NCBI GenBank assembly: GCA_016716505.1
Contig: JADJWF010000007.1
Coordinates: 91 to 64,090 of the forward strand
Direction: 5' to 3'
From: Verrucomicrobiota bacterium
GTDB lineage: Bacteria; Verrucomicrobiota; Verrucomicrobiia; Limisphaerales; J093
DNA length: 64,000 nucleotides
Positions 25,812 through 35,200 of this stretch are shown here, piece after piece. The notes under the pieces are model-generated. The model saw nothing but the letters and a program-made list of their open reading frames with translations. It did no database searches and was not told the DNA's origin. Position numbers and translations under genes: made by a program. How positions within the stretch are numbered: the first letter of the stretch is position 1; each line of letters starts with the position of its first letter.

Positions 25812-27208
25812 GTCTGCTCGCGGCCTGCCCCGCCGTCCGTCGGGCCACGGAACTCACCGGTCCCCCGCCGGGGCAGTCTCAGCGCCGAGCCAGCGCTGGC
25901 GCAGCCGGTTGAGCACCTCGGTGATGATGCGCGCCCGGGAGGCTTCGCTGGCGCCGCTGCCGCGCACTTCTCGACCCTCGGCTTCGCCGCACCGTGAGCC
26001 CAGACCAGGGGAAGCGTCTGCTCGCCGGAGGCGGTGCTCCGCGGTTCGCCCAGGATCAACACGGAGCAGGCGGGATCGTCCACCGCTTCCCGCGTCGCCT
26101 GGACCAGCCGGTCAAGGCGGTCGGGGGAGTCGCCGGAGTCAGCGGACGCCGAAGTCCCGCCGCAGAGAGCCCGCTTCAGCCCCGCCTCATTCGAGGCCGC
26201 GATGCCACCGTGGAGCACCGCGGCGGCGTCCCGCGCGAGACTGAGGGTTGCGTGGAATTGTCCGCCCGTGGCGGCGTCGAGCACGATCAGCCGCGCGCCC
26301 CGCGCTTTCAAGGCCCGTACGACAACTTCCTCGAGCGACGCCCCGTCGTTTGCATAGATGTGATCGCCGAGAAACCGGCGCACCCGGGCTTCGATCGCGT
26401 CCAGTCGGGCCCAGTCGCGCTCGCTCCGCCCGGCGAGGGAGAAGGTGACATCCACCCGCTCTCCCTCGAATTGCGAGGTCAACACTACGTCTGGCTCCAC
26501 GGCGATTTCGCCGTGCAGCGCCTGGTAAATGGCGGACTGCCCGATGCCCACGAAGCGCAGGGTTCGCGAAGCTCCCGCCGTCCGCAGGGCGAAGTGTTTT
26601 TGCAGATAGGGCACCACTTCGTTGGTCAACATGGGGTGAAGCTCGCGCGGCGGGCCGGGAAGGGCGATCACGGTGTTCGAGCGGGTGGTGAAGATCAGCC
26701 CCACGGCGCTGCCATGTGGATTCCTGAGGTGGCCGCCGCGCGCGGGCACCAAGGCCTGGCGGCGGAGGTTGGCCCGCAACCGGTCGCGCGGCGTGCGGTA
26801 GCGCCGTTCCATCTCCGCCACCACGTCCGGATCTTCGACGAGGGCGATTCCGGTGAACGCCGCGATCGTCTCCCGGGTGATGTCGTCGTCGGTCGGCCCC
26901 AGCCCGCCGGTCACCAACACCACTGGCGCTTTCGTCGTCGCGTAGCGGAGCGTCTCGGTCAGGTCCGGCGCGCTGTCGTCCACGCTCCACGAGCCGACAC
27001 AATGGCCGCCCAGCGGCGTCATGACGCCCGTGATGAAATGCGTGTGCCGATCGGGATAGATGCCCCGCAGCAGCTCGCTGCCAGTGACAATCAGGAAGTA
27101 ATCCAGCGCGGGTTCCGGGGCGGCGCTCGCCGCCGGGGCTGACTCCCCGGCGTGCAGGGCAGTGACCGTCAGCAGCAGAATTCCGAGAGCCCATCCCGTC
27201 CGTTTCAT
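25598..27208 (-). CDS. cinA: CinA-family protein (MoCF-biosynthesis-like N-domain plus CinA C-domain) with an apparent 3' frameshift
   Basis: ATG at 27208. LIVTGSELLRG...VVLVTGGLGPTDDDITRE is the CinA N-domain. The C-domain has a degenerate DAATGG motif. The last ~125 codons of this frame are low-complexity Arg/Ser/Ala-rich, and their final 214 nt overlap the convergent gene. A conserved-looking C-terminus lies in another frame that ends at 25854. Confidence 0.7.
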   Translation of the reverse strand: MKRTGWALGILLLTVTALHAGESAPAASAAPEPALDYFLIVTGSELLRGIYPDRHTHFITGVMTPLGGHCVGSWSVDDSAPDLTETLRYATTKAPVVLVTGGLGPTDDDITRETIAAFTGIALVEDPDVVAEMERRYRTPRDRLRANLRRQALVPARGGHLRNPHGSAVGLIFTTRSNTVIALPGPPRELHPMLTNEVVPYLQKHFALRTAGASRTLRFVGIGQSAIYQALHGEIAVEPDVVLTSQFEGERVDVTFSLAGRSERDWARLDAIEARVRRFLGDHIYANDGASLEEVVVRALKARGARLIVLDAATGGQFHATLSLARDAAAVLHGGIAASNEAGLKRALCGGTSASADSGDSPDRLDRLVQATREAVDDPACSVLILGEPRSTASGEQTLPLVWAHGAAKPRVEKCAAAAPAKPPGRASSPRCSTGCASAGSALRLPRRGTGEFRGPTDGGAGREQTHRRRSSGEAALGSWPRRRSNRRARSRIAGSPSAASSRSRSATTKASSPAASRHSQAKSRRRSSSVVSSPA

Positions 27209-27519
27209 GAGACAAGGCGAGCAGAGAGCGGCCGCGCTTTCGAGGAAAACCGGCGCCGCCCGGCGGCCGAAATCCAAGGGACAACCGCCCCACCGCTCGT
27301 TTTACCCGCGTTCACAAACCGCCAGGCGGCGGTGGTCGAGTTGCGGGAATGCCTTCAACGCCCGGCGCGGTTGCTCCCGGGTGCGGGGCTTTGGTCGCCC
27401 CCGCCAGCCTGCGAGCCGGTTTACGGAAAGCGCGAGCCGAACGGCCGAAAATGGGGGCTGGTCTGTCTGCAGGATCAATTAGGAACCCTGGCAGGCGAGC
27501 TTATATTTGTTGCCGAAGG

Positions 27520-27548
27520 TTGACGCCCCGGAGGCCCGCCCCTTAACT
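27520..27548 (+). promoter_or_regulatory. candidate sigma-70-like promoter for sdhCAB
   Basis: TTGACG (27520-27525), a 17-nt spacer, then TTAACT (27543-27548), about 105 nt upstream of the sdhC ATG. Pattern match only. Confidence 0.25.
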
Positions 27549-27654
27549 ACTGCGGCGCGAATCATCCCTCGCCTTGGGGACCCGATTCATCAGGCGCCCG
27601 TCGGGAAAAGCCGGTCGCCCTCAAGTAACCAGCGGACAACCATCCAAAGCGGAA

Positions 27655-28353
27655 ATGAATATCCTGCGGGCTCTGTTTCAAACCACGCTCGGCCGCAAGT
27701 ACCTGATGGCCGGCAGCGGGCTGATCCTGTTCGGGTTCGTGGTCGGGCACATGGTCGGCAACCTCCAGATTTTCCTCGGCCCGGCCGTCCTTAACCGATA
27801 CGCGCACTTTCTGCAGTCCCTGGGCGAGCTGCTGTGGGTGGTCCGGTTGGTTCTCCTGGCGATGGTGGGGCTGCATATCGGAGCAGCGATTCTGTTGACG
27901 CTGGAAAACCGGCGCGCCCGTCCCCTGGCCTATGAAGGTGGCGGGGCCTACGGCGCGAGTCTGGCGTCGCGAACGATGATTTACACCGGGCTCATCATCG
28001 CGGCATTCGTTGTTTATCACCTGCTGCACTTCACGGTGCGCGCCCCGGTGGATTTGACCCCGCACGATCTGGCGACGATGAAGACCACGCTGGACGGAAA
28101 GGAGGTTCACGACGTGTACCGGATGGTGGTGGTGGGCTTTCAGCAGCCGCTCGTGGCCGCGTTTTACATCGTGGCGGTGAGCCTGCTCAGCTTCCACCTG
28201 GGGCACGGCGTGGCCGCCATGTTCCAATCGCTGGGGCTGAGGAACCGGGCTTGGAACCCGGCCATCCAGCGTTTTGGCCAGGTGGCTTCCTGGGCGCTGG
28301 CGATCGGCTATGTCTCCATCCCGCTGGCGGTTTGGCTGGGCCTGGTGAAGTGA
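27655..28353 (+). CDS. sdhC: succinate dehydrogenase / fumarate reductase cytochrome b subunit (b558 type)
   Basis: ATG at 27655 gives [40 protein letters not shown]..., 232 aa, about 5 TM helices with conserved His, directly upstream of sdhA. Confidence 0.85.
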   Translation: MNILRALFQTTLGRKYLMAGSGLILFGFVVGHMVGNLQIFLGPAVLNRYAHFLQSLGELLWVVRLVLLAMVGLHIGAAILLTLENRRARPLAYEGGGAYGASLASRTMIYTGLIIAAFVVYHLLHFTVRAPVDLTPHDLATMKTTLDGKEVHDVYRMVVVGFQQPLVAAFYIVAVSLLSFHLGHGVAAMFQSLGLRNRAWNPAIQRFGQVASWALAIGYVSIPLAVWLGLVK

Positions 28354-28364
28354 GGAATCCGCGC

Positions 28365-30284
28365 ATGAAACTCCAATCCAACATTCCATCCGGGCCGCTG
28401 GCGCAGAAGTGGGACAAGCACCGTTTCGAGCTGAAGCTGGTCAACCCCGCCAACAAGCGAAAATACGAGGTCATCGTCGTGGGCGCGGGTCTGGCGGGCG
28501 CCTCCGCGGCGGCCACGCTGGGCGAACTGGGCTACCGGGTGAAGAACTTCGTCTATCACGACAGCCCGCGTCGCGCGCATTCGATCGCCGCCCAGGGGGG
28601 CATCAACGCCGCCAAGAACTACCAGAACGACGGCGACTCGGTGTATCGGCTGTTCTACGACACCATCAAGGGCGGGGACTTCCGCGCGCGGGAGGCCAAC
28701 GTGTACCGCCTGGCCCAGGTGAGCGTGAACATCGTTGACCAGTGCGTGGCTCAGGGCGTGCCGTTCGCGCGCGAATACGGCGGCCTGCTGGACAACCGCT
28801 CCTTCGGCGGCGCGCAGGTGAGCCGGACTTTTTACGCGCGGGGCCAGACCGGGCAGCAGTTGCTGTTGGGCGCCTATTCGGCCCTCTGCAAGGAAATCGC
28901 CGCCGGCTCGGTGCAATCCTTTACGCACTCGGAGATGCTGGACCTGGTGGTCGTGGACGGGCAGGCGAAGGGCATCATCGTGCGCGATCTCATCACCGGA
29001 AAGATCAGCCGGCACAGCGCGGACGCGGTGGTGCTGGCGACGGGGGGTTACGGCAACGTGTTCAACCTCTCCACCTACGCCCGCAACTCGAATGCCACGG
29101 CCATCTGGCGCGCGTACAAACGCGGCGCCTGCTTTGGCAACCCGTGCTACACGCAGATCCATCCCACGTGCATCCCGGTGAGCGGCGATTACCAGTCCAA
29201 GCTCACCCTCATGAGCGAGTCGCTGCGCAACGATGGCCGCATCTGGGTGCCGAAGAAAAAAGAGGACTGCCGCAAGGACCCGAACTCGATTCCAGAGGAG
29301 GATCGCGATTACTATCTGGAACGGCTCTACCCCAGCTTCGGCAATCTTGCCCCGCGGGACATCTCCAGCCGCGCTGCCAAGCGCGTGTGCGACGAGGGCC
29401 GCGGGGTGGGGGAGTCGGGTTTGGGCGTGTACCTCGACTTCGCCGATGCCATCAAACGACTGGGCGAACAAAAGGTTCGCGAGCGCTACGGCAACCTGTT
29501 CGACATCTACCACGAAATCACGAACGAAAACGCCTACCGGACGCCGATGCGCATCTTTCCCGCCGTCCATTACACGATGGGCGGGCTGTGGGTGGACTAC
29601 AATTTGATGTCCAACCTGCCGGGGTTGTTTGTCCTCGGGGAGGCGAACTTCTCCGATCACGGCGCCAACCGCCTCGGCGCCAGTGCGCTCATGCAGGGAC
29701 TGGCCGACGGTTACTTCGTCATCCCGTACACCATCGGCAACTATCTGGCCGCCCAGAAGCCGGGTTCCTGCCCGAAGACCGACCACCCCGCCTTCAAGGA
29801 AGCGGAGGAAAATGTGGTCGGAATCATTCGCCGACTCCTCCAGGCCCGCGGCAAACGAACCGTCCACTCGTTCCACAAGGAACTCGGCCGCATCATGTGG
29901 GACCACTGCGGCATGGCGCGCAACGAAGCCGGCCTCAAGCGGGCGCTCGAACTGATCCCGGCCCTGCGCGAGGAATTCTGGCACTCGGTGAACGTACCGG
30001 GCTCGGAGGCGGACCTGAACCAGTCCCTCGAACGTGCCGGCCGCGTGGCGGATTACTTCGAACTGGCGGAACTGATGTGCCGCGACGCGCTCGAACGGCG
30101 CGAGTCCTGCGGCGGACATTTCCGGGAGGAATTCCAGTTCCCCGACGGCGAAGCGAAGCGAGACGACGAGAACTTTGCCCACGTGGCCGCGTGGGAGTAC
30201 CAGGGGCCGGACAAGCCGCCGGTGCGCCACGTCGAGCCGTTGGTGTACGAAGAAGTCAAAATGACCACGCGGAGTTACAAGTGA
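28365..30284 (+). CDS. sdhA: succinate dehydrogenase / fumarate reductase flavoprotein subunit
   Basis: ATG at 28365. [16 protein letters not shown] (FAD fold), [12 protein letters not shown] (His for covalent FAD), 639 aa. Confidence 0.93.
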   Translation: MKLQSNIPSGPLAQKWDKHRFELKLVNPANKRKYEVIVVGAGLAGASAAATLGELGYRVKNFVYHDSPRRAHSIAAQGGINAAKNYQNDGDSVYRLFYDTIKGGDFRAREANVYRLAQVSVNIVDQCVAQGVPFAREYGGLLDNRSFGGAQVSRTFYARGQTGQQLLLGAYSALCKEIAAGSVQSFTHSEMLDLVVVDGQAKGIIVRDLITGKISRHSADAVVLATGGYGNVFNLSTYARNSNATAIWRAYKRGACFGNPCYTQIHPTCIPVSGDYQSKLTLMSESLRNDGRIWVPKKKEDCRKDPNSIPEEDRDYYLERLYPSFGNLAPRDISSRAAKRVCDEGRGVGESGLGVYLDFADAIKRLGEQKVRERYGNLFDIYHEITNENAYRTPMRIFPAVHYTMGGLWVDYNLMSNLPGLFVLGEANFSDHGANRLGASALMQGLADGYFVIPYTIGNYLAAQKPGSCPKTDHPAFKEAEENVVGIIRRLLQARGKRTVHSFHKELGRIMWDHCGMARNEAGLKRALELIPALREEFWHSVNVPGSEADLNQSLERAGRVADYFELAELMCRDALERRESCGGHFREEFQFPDGEAKRDDENFAHVAAWEYQGPDKPPVRHVEPLVYEEVKMTTRSYK

Positions 30285-30456
30285 GGAGTCTGCCCGGAAG
30301 CCATCTCACCGCCCGCAATCAGTAGTCATCCGGACCCACCGTGAACCCAGCCAGCCAACCCCGGCCAGGCGCCCCGCGCGGGGAGATTGATCTGCCCGCC
30401 CGTTTGTCCGGACGTTTGCCGCCAACACGCCCTCGAAAGCCCACCCGACTTTTCCA

Positions 30457-31203
30457 ATGAAAGTTCGCTTGAAAATCTGGCGCCAGCCCAACGCCGCCGC
30501 GCCCGGCCGGTTCGAGACGTACGACACGCCGGACCTCAACCCCAACATGTCGTTCCTCGAGATGCTGGACGTGGTGAATGAGGACCTTACGGCCCGGGGG
30601 CAGGAACCGGTGGCCTTCGATCACGACTGTCGCGAGGGCATCTGCGGCACCTGCTCGCTGGTCATCAATGGCAAGCCCCACGGACCGCACCGGGGTGTCG
30701 CCACCTGCCAGACGTACATGCGCAGCTTCAAGGACGGCGACACGATCGTCGTGGAACCGTTCCGGGCGCGACCCTTCCCGGTGATCAAGGACCTGATTGT
30801 CAGTCGGAAGGCCTTCGACAAGATCATGCAGGCCGGGGGCTTCATCAGCGTCCGCACCGGGGCCGCGCCGGACGCCAACAGCCTTCCCGTTCCGAAACCC
30901 GCGGCCGACGAGGCGATGGATGCCGCGGCCTGCATCGGCTGTGGCGCCTGCGTGGCCGCGTGCAAGAACGCCAGCGCCATGCTGTTCGTCTCGGCCAAGG
31001 TCTCGCAGTTCGCGCTCCTGCCCCAGGGTCAACCCGAACGCGAACGCCGGGTTCTGCGCATGGTCCAGGCCATGGATGAAGCCGGCTTCGGCGCCTGCAC
31101 GGTGACCGGCTCTTGCGAAGCCGTCTGCCCCAAGAACATCAGCCTGGACTTCATCGCCCGGCTGAACCGTGAGTACGCCCGCGCCCTGCTCAAGGGCGGC
31201 TGA
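30457..31203 (+). CDS. sdhB: succinate dehydrogenase / fumarate reductase iron-sulfur subunit
   Basis: [11 protein letters not shown] (2Fe-2S), [11 protein letters not shown] and [12 protein letters not shown] cluster motifs, 248 aa. Confidence 0.92.
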   Translation: MKVRLKIWRQPNAAAPGRFETYDTPDLNPNMSFLEMLDVVNEDLTARGQEPVAFDHDCREGICGTCSLVINGKPHGPHRGVATCQTYMRSFKDGDTIVVEPFRARPFPVIKDLIVSRKAFDKIMQAGGFISVRTGAAPDANSLPVPKPAADEAMDAAACIGCGACVAACKNASAMLFVSAKVSQFALLPQGQPERERRVLRMVQAMDEAGFGACTVTGSCEAVCPKNISLDFIARLNREYARALLKGG

Positions 31204-31260
31204 CCGCCGGCCGGTGGTGCGCCACTGCTGACGGCTCCGGGCCCGTCAGGCCGGACTGCC

Positions 31261-31350
31261 GTGCGAGAACGTCACCGCCGGAGCCGGCGCCACAAGGCGC
31301 CGCTCAGCGCCAGGCCGGCAATCACGAGCGCACCATGCCGGGGCTCCGGG
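31261..31350. repeat. PEP-CTERM tail DNA repeat, copy 1
   Basis: About 78/90 identical to 45661..45750, with a perfect 39-nt core (31272..31310 = 45672..45710). The similarity continues 11 nt past the stop codon. Confidence 0.9.
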
Positions 31351-32009
31351 ATGGCGGCGAACTCGACCACGAACGGCAGCACGTTCAGGTGGTTGATGTC
31401 GTTCCACTGGCCGGGCTGGCCGAGCAAACCCGGCAGCAATGCCGGATACGCGTCCAGCGCCATGGCGGCGGCATCCTGGTTTCCGTTGAAGTCGTCCGGC
31501 TCGGACTGACCGAAGCGGCCGAAGGCCCAGTTGTTGTACAGGCCGCCCACCGGCGTGCCCGCCGGCCCGCCTTGCCAGAACTGGTCGCCGCCGTTGAGCC
31601 AGCGCCAGACGCCCTCGTTGATCGTGTCGGCGTCGTCCAAGTCGTCCGCCCCGATCCATACGTAGCGCACGCCGCCGCCGTCAGCCGCCGTCGAAGTCAG
31701 CAAGGCATCAACCGAGCCCAACAACGCGTGAACGAAGCTGTTCTCCAAGAAGTCGTCCATTCGCACCAGCCGGCCGGGTGCGCCAGCGAAGTTGAGCGTT
31801 GCGGCGAAGGCGGAGGCGCTGAGGTAGTCGCGCTCGTCGTTGGTTAGACCGTCGTTGCCCCACACCTGATAGGTGTGGCCGTTGTATTGCCCGCTGGCGA
31901 TCAGCCCGGCATGAAGTTGTCCGCCGGCGATGCCGACCGCGAAGCCGAATGCGACGCAGCCGGGCAGACCGACGGCCGGTTTCCGTGATGGAATGGGATA
32001 GGTTTTCAT
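31272..32009 (-). CDS. C-type lectin-like domain protein with PEP-CTERM sorting tail
   Basis: ATG at 32009 (MKTYPIPSRKPAVGLPGCVAFGFAVGIAGGQLHA signal peptide). CTLD signatures VWIGADD, EGVWRWLNG, SEPDDF and GQWNDIN. C-terminus IPEPRHGALVIAGLALSGALWRRLRR. Confidence 0.8.
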   Translation of the reverse strand: MKTYPIPSRKPAVGLPGCVAFGFAVGIAGGQLHAGLIASGQYNGHTYQVWGNDGLTNDERDYLSASAFAATLNFAGAPGRLVRMDDFLENSFVHALLGSVDALLTSTAADGGGVRYVWIGADDLDDADTINEGVWRWLNGGDQFWQGGPAGTPVGGLYNNWAFGRFGQSEPDDFNGNQDAAAMALDAYPALLPGLLGQPGQWNDINHLNVLPFVVEFAAIPEPRHGALVIAGLALSGALWRRLRR

Positions 32010-32240
32010 GTGACTTGCCTCTTCGTTTTTTGGTTTCGCAGCCAGACTAACTGTTAGGGCGCCGAGCAGTGGGAGCATCGCGCCCCAGAAACCGGTACTG
32101 CTGGTGGCCGCCGCCAGGCCGAACGGGTTCACGCGACCGTTCGCGGTGTCGCTGAGCATGGGCTGTCGGCCCGGACGGGAGCGCAAAGTTGATTCTCATG
32201 ATGCGGCTTCTCGGACGACTCGTGAATTAGTGGGAATTAG

Positions 32241-35200
32241 CTACAGAATTACAAGCCGAAAAAACTCAGGCTCGCGGCCCTCGCCGCCGAGGTCGTCGAA
32301 CGTCCGCTCCGTGCCGTCGCCCAGGATTTCCCGGTGCGGAACCCAGTTCACCAGGTCGGTCGAGCGTTCGAGGCGGTAGCGCACGCCGGGCAGGGTCTCG
32401 AAGGTGAGCTTGAGCCTGCCGGCGGAGGTCAGCTCGAAGCGGCCAATGGTGAAGGTGCCGCCCACCAGCACGGCGGTCGTCACGCGCGTGGTGTTGTTCT
32501 CCAAGGCGGGATCGTTGGTCTGGCTGCTGACGGTGGCAGCCACAGCCAAGGCGGAGTCAACCGCCGGGGCGTTCCATCGCAGACGCACGAGGGCGGAGGC
32601 GTCTTTCGCGAGATTGGGCAGCGGAATCGTCAAGGTGCCGTCGGTCACGGTGCCGGACGGTTCGCTGCCGACGAGCGCGGCGTTGACCGGCATGACGACG
32701 GCAAGCGTCACCCCGTTGGCGGGGTCGGGTCCACGGTTCATCACCGTGAACGTGTGAGCCACCCCGGCCCCGGCGGGCGCGGTCAACGGAGCCTCAGCAG
32801 TCACGGCCAGGTCGGCCGCGCTGGCGTCGCCCACCAACTGCAGACCGAACCGCGCCGGCCCCTCGCGGACCTGGCCCTCAAAGCGTCGCCCGCCCTCCAG
32901 CGGGGGCGCGAGGATCGGGCCGAAGCTGCCGGTCAGAGATCCGGCCCGCAGCAGCTCGATGAAAGCCCCGGTGCTGACCGCCAGCGGCGAGAAGAGCGGC
33001 GTGACCCGCACACTGCCCGCGAGCGTCGCCTGACCGGTGACCATCAGCCGGTCGCCGACCGGTTCGGCGACGTTGACCGGCAGGTCCGCCGCCAGCACGG
33101 CGGCGGAGCCGAACGCGACGTCGCCATGAATCGAGAGGGTGCCGAACTCGACGAGAGCCTCGTTGAGGCCCGGATCCACCAAGCCGCTCACATTGGCGAC
33201 GTTGCCCACGACCGTGCCGCGCCCGGAGAGGATGCCCTGGTCGAGCAGGGTCAGGCCGCTGCCCGGGATGAAGTCGGCCAGAGGCCCTACGTCCAGCACA
33301 CTGCCCGCGCCGCGGACCGTGGCGGCGCCCGCCGCCAGCGCGCTCGTGCCGGTCCCCAACAGCACCCGCCCGCCGCGCAGATCGAAGGTGCGCTCGAAGT
33401 TCACGTCGGCATGGGCGGACTCGAAGACGCCGCCGGTCTGGAGGTAATTGTTCATGAAGCGCAGCTTCGCCCGCGGCGGCGCGCCGCCGTCCCGGGCGAA
33501 CCGGACGCGGCCTGCGGCGTGTTGCACGGGCGGATGCCACAGCACCTCGGCCTCCCCCTCCTCTGGCAGTTCGAAGGCCACTTCGCCGCGGTTCTCGAAA
33601 GCGGCCGGGGCTGGGGGTAAAGGGCCGGGGCCGCCGAGGGCGGGCAGCAGCACCTGTCCCGGCCCGCGCACGATCCAGCGGCCGGCGGCCTGGTTGACGA
33701 AATTGACCCCGGCCGCCGCGGCCAGCGGCCCCGGACTGTCGGCGACGTAGGTGAGGGTGCCGAAGTTCTCGAAGTTGCCGCGGCTCCACACCAGCGCGGC
33801 GGGGTGTTCATTGCGGAACTCGCCCACCGCGCCGACCTGCAGCAACACCCGTCCGCTGGAGTCCAGCCGGATGCCGCCGCCCAGCCAGCGGAGTTCCTGG
33901 AAGACGATCATCCGGGCCGCCGGTCCGGAAGTGAGGGATTCCGGCAGCGTGCCCGGCTCGCCCCACTGGACGCGGTCCGCCTCGACGATTTCCTCGAACC
34001 GCGCGCCGCCCGTGGTGAGCAGCCGCCCGGGGCCGAAGATGCGGGCGCCGGCGAGCACGCAGCCCTGCGCGTGCAGCAGCGCGTTGGCGTCATCGAGAAA
34101 CACCTCGCCGGTGAAGCGCGCGGTGCCCTGGCCGCGGAGGGTGCCGGCCAGCACATGCAGCTCGCCGGCGATGCGCACGTTGTTGCCCAGCAGGAGCAGC
34201 GGTTCGCGGGTTTTGTTCAAGCGGCCTTCGTTGAAGAAATCGCCCGCGATCCCGAGGGCGTCGGTCCGCTCGAGCGCCGTGATGGACCCGGAATGCAGAT
34301 GCCAGAGCGTGCCCGTGTTGAGGGTGATCCGGTGAGGCGTCTCGATGGAACCGCGCCCGCGGGTGTTGAGGATGAGGCCGGAGGCCAGAATGGCGGTGTT
34401 GCCGGGCTGCGCCTCGGGACCGAGGAACCACTGCGCGTCCGGCCCGACCTCGAGGCTGCGCGTGCCGCGGGCGTTGCCCACGCCGTTGCCCTCCAGACGT
34501 CCACCGAGCCAGCGGAAGACCTTCCGCACCGTGAGCGCCGGACCAGCCGGCCCGGGACCGGCCACAAAGCGTGGCAGGTGGGACTCCGGCCCGCCCACGA
34601 TGAACCGGTCCACCTCCAAGGGTTCTTCGACGCTCACGCCACCGAAGCCGGTGGCCAGCGCGCCCGGGCCGCCGATCAACTGCAGACCGTGGTCGGCCTC
34701 GCCCGTCCAGGCGCCGCCCGCGCGGAAGTGGAACAACCGGCCCAAATTGACGGTGACTTCGTCACCCTCGGTGCCGTCGTCTTTGAAAGGGCGGTAGCGG
34801 AAAGTGTCGGAGAGCAGCCCAAAGGCCACCGTCACGAGCCCCTCGGCCCCGAGCTCGAAGCGTCCGCCGGCACGGTTTTCGCCCTGGCTGAACTCCATTT
34901 CGGCTCCGGCCTCGACCACCACCCGGCCGCCGGCGTCGTTGATCAACGTGTTGGCCACGCGCGAACGCCGCCCGGCGCTGTCGCCGATCGAGGGTTTCAG
35001 GATCTCGATGCGGCCGCGGTTCACGATGTTCGGCGAGGCGAGGGGGTCAAAACTCTGACCCGACGCGAGGCTCACCACGCCGCCCGGCTGATTGCCCAGC
35101 AGACAGTTCACCCGCGGGGCGAAGTCGAGCCGGGCGGGATCGAACTCGAAGTCCACGCGGCCCTGGTTTTCCACCCGCGGCAGGTGCACCAGGGGCGGCA

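Noticed and set aside
28308-30230. 640-aa minus-strand ORF and 527-aa plus-strand alternative frame (28742..30325) over sdhA
   Set aside because: sdhA is unambiguous (FAD-binding motifs and full length). These are antisense or out-of-frame artefacts of GC richness.
31272-32009. Diversity-generating retroelement targeting the C-type lectin gene
   Set aside because: There is no reverse transcriptase and no template/variable repeat pair in the window. The only repeat involving this gene is the PEP-CTERM tail, and its mismatches are not adenine-specific.
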